From Raja brachyura (Eukaryota), in assembly GCA_963514005.1 (NCBI GenBank), contig OY740817.1:14632001-14696000 (forward strand): DNA of 64,000 bases, in the 5' to 3' direction. How positions within the stretch are numbered: the first letter of the stretch is position 1; each line of letters starts with the position of its first letter. Made by a program: the position numbers and the translations under genes. Under the pieces are notes generated by a model, which worked only from the letters and a program-made list of their open reading frames with translations, searched no databases and was not told the DNA's origin. Below, one piece after another: positions 61,076 through 64,000 of this stretch.

Positions 61076-61104
61076 CTTGCTGCTCGCCAAATCCCTGGAT
61101 CCAT
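61076..61104 (-). CDS. B7-like (CD80/CD86/ICOSL-like) gene exon 1, MDPGIWRAAR
   Basis: ATG...GCA AG|gtagga, phase 2, compatible with exon 2. A split leader with a phase-2 first exon is also seen in CD86 and ICOSLG. Confidence 0.8.
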
Positions 61105-61219
61105 CCGTGCGAGACAGGTGCCCGACTCCGCTGCTGAAAGGCGCTTGTTAAAAAACCCCAACAAAGTAGGCTTCTAAAGCAGAATAATAAATGTTTTAAT
61201 GTTGATATTCTGTTACTAG

Positions 61220-61360
61220 CAGTCAGTCAGTTTCACTCTCTGCTCTGGAGACCGAAACTGTCTTCCTGGAGTGAAATTGTCAATTGAAAGTATTGAGAAT
61301 GTTTTCTGAACTTTCAGTTCAGAGGAGGATAAAAGGCGGGGGCGGCGCCGCAAATTTACC
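61220..61360 (-). promoter_or_regulatory. Putative interferon-responsive promoter of the B7-like gene
   Basis: ISRE-like CAGTTTCACTCTC at 61228-61240, CAGTTTCGGTCTCC on the minus strand at 61247-61260, further GAAA half sites, and a GC box at about 61336. Confidence 0.5.
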
Positions 61361-61867
61361 GCCGAGCTTTCCGGACTTTTTTCTGGTGATCTGACTTTTC
61401 ATGTGGCCGTTCGCTGGGAATTTGAAACGGGTGGTAAAGTCCCCGGTGATGTGTTCCCTAATGTATGTAGGGTAGTGTTAATGTGCGGGGAATCGCTGGT
61501 CGGTGCGGGCTCGATGGGCCGAAGGGCCCGTTTCCGCGCTGTCTCTCTAAACGTCGAGGTCTGGAGCAATGGATATTGTGTAGTCTAATCAGGGTAGGAC
61601 ACATACCTCAAATGGAAGGGTCCAGGGGAGGACTGAGGAACACGGGTACCTTGGTGTCCCGGAAGGTGGCAGGACATGTAGATCAGGTGGGGAAGAAAGC
61701 AGATGGAATACTAGTTTCATTTAGACATGGCATACTGTAGAACTGGCTCCTGCCCCTCCACTCTTCAGCTTTCTTTCCCCCCACCCCTGCAATCAGTCTG
61801 AAGATGGGTCCCAACCCCAAATGTCACCCATCCATGTTTGGCACGTTCATATGTTCTAGGTGTAGAA

Positions 61868-63117
61868 CAGGCACGTGCCGTCAGGGTAGGCAAGGTAGGC
61901 ACTGCCTACCCTGACTAAAATTATAACATAGTAATAACTAAATATGAATAATAAAGGCATGGGGAATTATGCCTATGTAATGATCGATCTCTTAGGTAGG
62001 CATAATTCTCCGTGCCTTTCATCCGCAGCGCTTGTAACACGGGAAGCTCTGTGCAGCCCACGTGCCGTCAGCACTGCCTGAAGCCGTCAGTTTCAAGCAG
62101 GGCTGAAGGCAGCAGAAATTCTGCCTTTGCTGCACTGCGCATGCGCAGTAGACTGATGCGCATGCGCAGCGCATGTTTCTTGGCGGGGTTTTCATCTATG
62201 GTTTGTCGTGTACCAATAATGTGGTAAGTACATTTTGTGTTTATGTTTTTAAATACCGTATTTTCCGGGGTGTGTGGGTGGGGGGAGCGCTCCTTTCACA
62301 GCGTTTGGGGAGTCTGGCCCGGGGTAAAGTTGCGGGGAGGGCACGAATGTTATGAATGAGGGGTCGGGAGCATCCACTTGCGATGCTCCTTGCACGGAGG
62401 CGTGGGATGCCACCGCTCTGAGGCCGGGGAGGGGGGGGGGGGAAAGAGAGAGAAGTAGCTCGGGTGGCTGAGCGGCCACCGGGCCGGACAGCGGAACCAG
62501 CCGCCACCTTAGCTCCTTCTGCCGGTCGCTCACCTCAGGCAGCTCTCCGTCTAAAAACCTCTCTCCTGCCGCTCGCTGGCCTCACTCATGTCCTTAAATT
62601 CCGACAGCGCGATTGAGGTTACTGGGCTGTGCGAATTTAAGGATTTGCAGGAAGCCGCTGACATGAGCGAAGTCGGCAAACGGCAGGTGGCAAGTGTTCC
62701 GACGGAGAGCACTGCCAAAGGTGAGCGGGCCGGCAGAAGGCGCTGAAGTGGCGGCCAGTTCTGCTGTCAGGTCCCGGTGGCCGCTCGTAGCTCCCCGAGC
62801 TGCTTCTATCCCCAGCTACAGTGCGTGGCTTCGCGCCCGGAGAGCTGCGGTGGCGGTGAGTGAGTTACAGGCAGTATCCCCGACACCCTCCTTCTCAACA
62901 CTCGTGCCCTCCCCACAACTTTACCCCTGACACAGACTCTCCACACGCTGTGAAAGGAACTGTTCCCCAATTGGTCTAGGACTAAGAAGCCTTGGGCAAA
63001 TTGAAATGTCACTGTTTTTATTTATTTAACGGGGAGAACAAACTGCGCATGCGCGGTTTAATTTTTTTTTTTAAAGCGGAGTGCCTACCCTGAGTAATTA
63101 CTCACGGCACGTGCCTG
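61868..63117. mobile_element. Non-autonomous hAT element (1250 bp), specific to copy B
   Basis: Perfect 14-bp TIR CAGGCACGTGCCGT and 8-bp TSD GTGTAGAA (61860-61867, 63118-63125). A single GTGTAGAA marks the empty site at about 4900. Confidence 0.95.
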
Positions 63118-63419
63118 GTGTAGAATTAGGCCCCATCAAGTCTACTCCGCCATTCAAGCATAGCTGACCTATCTTTCCCTCTCAATCCCATTCTCCTGCC
63201 TTCTCCCCATAACCCCTGACACCCGTACTAATGTTTTCCAGGGATGCTGAGCCACCGAGTTACTCCAGCATATCATATCTTTCCATAGCATGGAGGTCTT
63301 GCAACAACTTTGTAAAACATTGGTTAGGCTGCACATGAACACAAGTCTAAACAAAAATACAATTTAAAACAGTAAGGACAGGCAGTTAATAGCATAAAAA
63401 GCACAGATTTATATAACTA

Positions 63420-63899
63420 CTAGACTAGGTGGGACCCGATGGGCAAGGCAATTTTAATTAGCATTTCCAAACCAAAGGCAACACAGCTTTATCATTTCCA
63501 GACCAAAGGCAACACAGCTCTAGCATTTCCAAACTATATTTTCAAACCACATTAAGGGCACTGGCACTTCAGGAAAACCACTCACAATTTAGTAGACATG
63601 TGTTCAGTGTTATTCGCAGCTCAGACTGAAAGACGTGACCCTCTCGCTCCCCCATCTTGCAGAGACTGACTGAGGCATTCAACACTTCCGGGTTTTATAT
63701 TCCATCTGGAAGGGGCGTGGCCTTCAGGAGAGAGAATCTCAACATTTTTTAATCGATGGGAAAAATCCTCGTCCTGCGCAGCGGAGGGGGACTCTGAGTA
63801 AGATCGCCAAAAATCACAGCCGTAAGTGGCAGCATTTTTTCTAAAATCAATATGCAGAACAACAGGAAGTGGTCAAGATCAGACATTTAGTTATATAGA
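63420..63899 (-). mobile_element. Non-autonomous Helitron (480 bp), specific to copy B
   Basis: Minus-strand TC...CTAG termini with a CCCATCGGG hairpin remnant. Inserted between A and T with no TSD; the empty site is ATAACTA|TTTAAAATA at about 5200. Confidence 0.9.
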
Positions 63900-64000
63900 T
63901 TTATAATATAAAATTGGGAATGTAAAAGGACAAAAAACTGAAACACTGAGGTCAAATACAGAGTAAAGTCAGATTAAAAGCTTGATCAAGATTTTTATCT

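Larger units (their letters stand above)
56840..64000. repeat. Segmental duplication, copy B
   Basis: Colinear with 1-5300, plus three copy-specific insertions. Confidence 0.95.

Noticed and set aside
44047-61104. Calling the gene HHLA2, CD86 or ICOSLG
   Set aside because: The V-C-V layout comes from a 96% identical recent duplicate rather than ancient divergent V domains, and the motifs are shared by several B7 members. Orthology needs phylogeny and synteny.

Overview
Eukaryotic, repeat-dominated vertebrate DNA. The repeat inventory (HE1-like V-SINEs, CR1 with (CATAGAAA)n tails, Penelope-derived repeats) suggests a cartilaginous fish, probably a skate or ray; this is an inference. The one host gene I can reconstruct is a minus-strand B7-family (CD80/CD86/ICOSL-like) Ig gene. 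It has six phase-compatible GT-AG exons: 61104-61076, 52738-52677, 49632-49294, 47004-46708, 45176-44838 and 44188-44047. These encode signal peptide, IgV, IgC, a second IgV and a TM segment; the second IgV is a recent, about 96% identical exon duplicate enclosed in an inverted repeat. Its promoter and exon 1 recur about 57 kb away (1-5300 vs 56840-64000), so this looks like one unit of a tandem B7 gene array with copy-specific hAT, Helitron and LINE insertions. The intergenic part holds a full-length DIRS1-like tyrosine-recombinase retrotransposon with three intact ORFs. Its splice sites predict a retrovirus-like alternative splicing scheme giving gag, pol and YR mRNAs. Also present: a second decayed DIRS, an ERV relic, Tc1, hAT, Helitrons, R2-Hero, Tx1, Rex1, CR1, about 12 Penelope-derived minimal hammerhead-ribozyme motifs, an orphan TCEA (TFIIS) first exon and an 18-bp minisatellite. 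There are four N gaps. All calls are by eye from sequence; no database searches were run.
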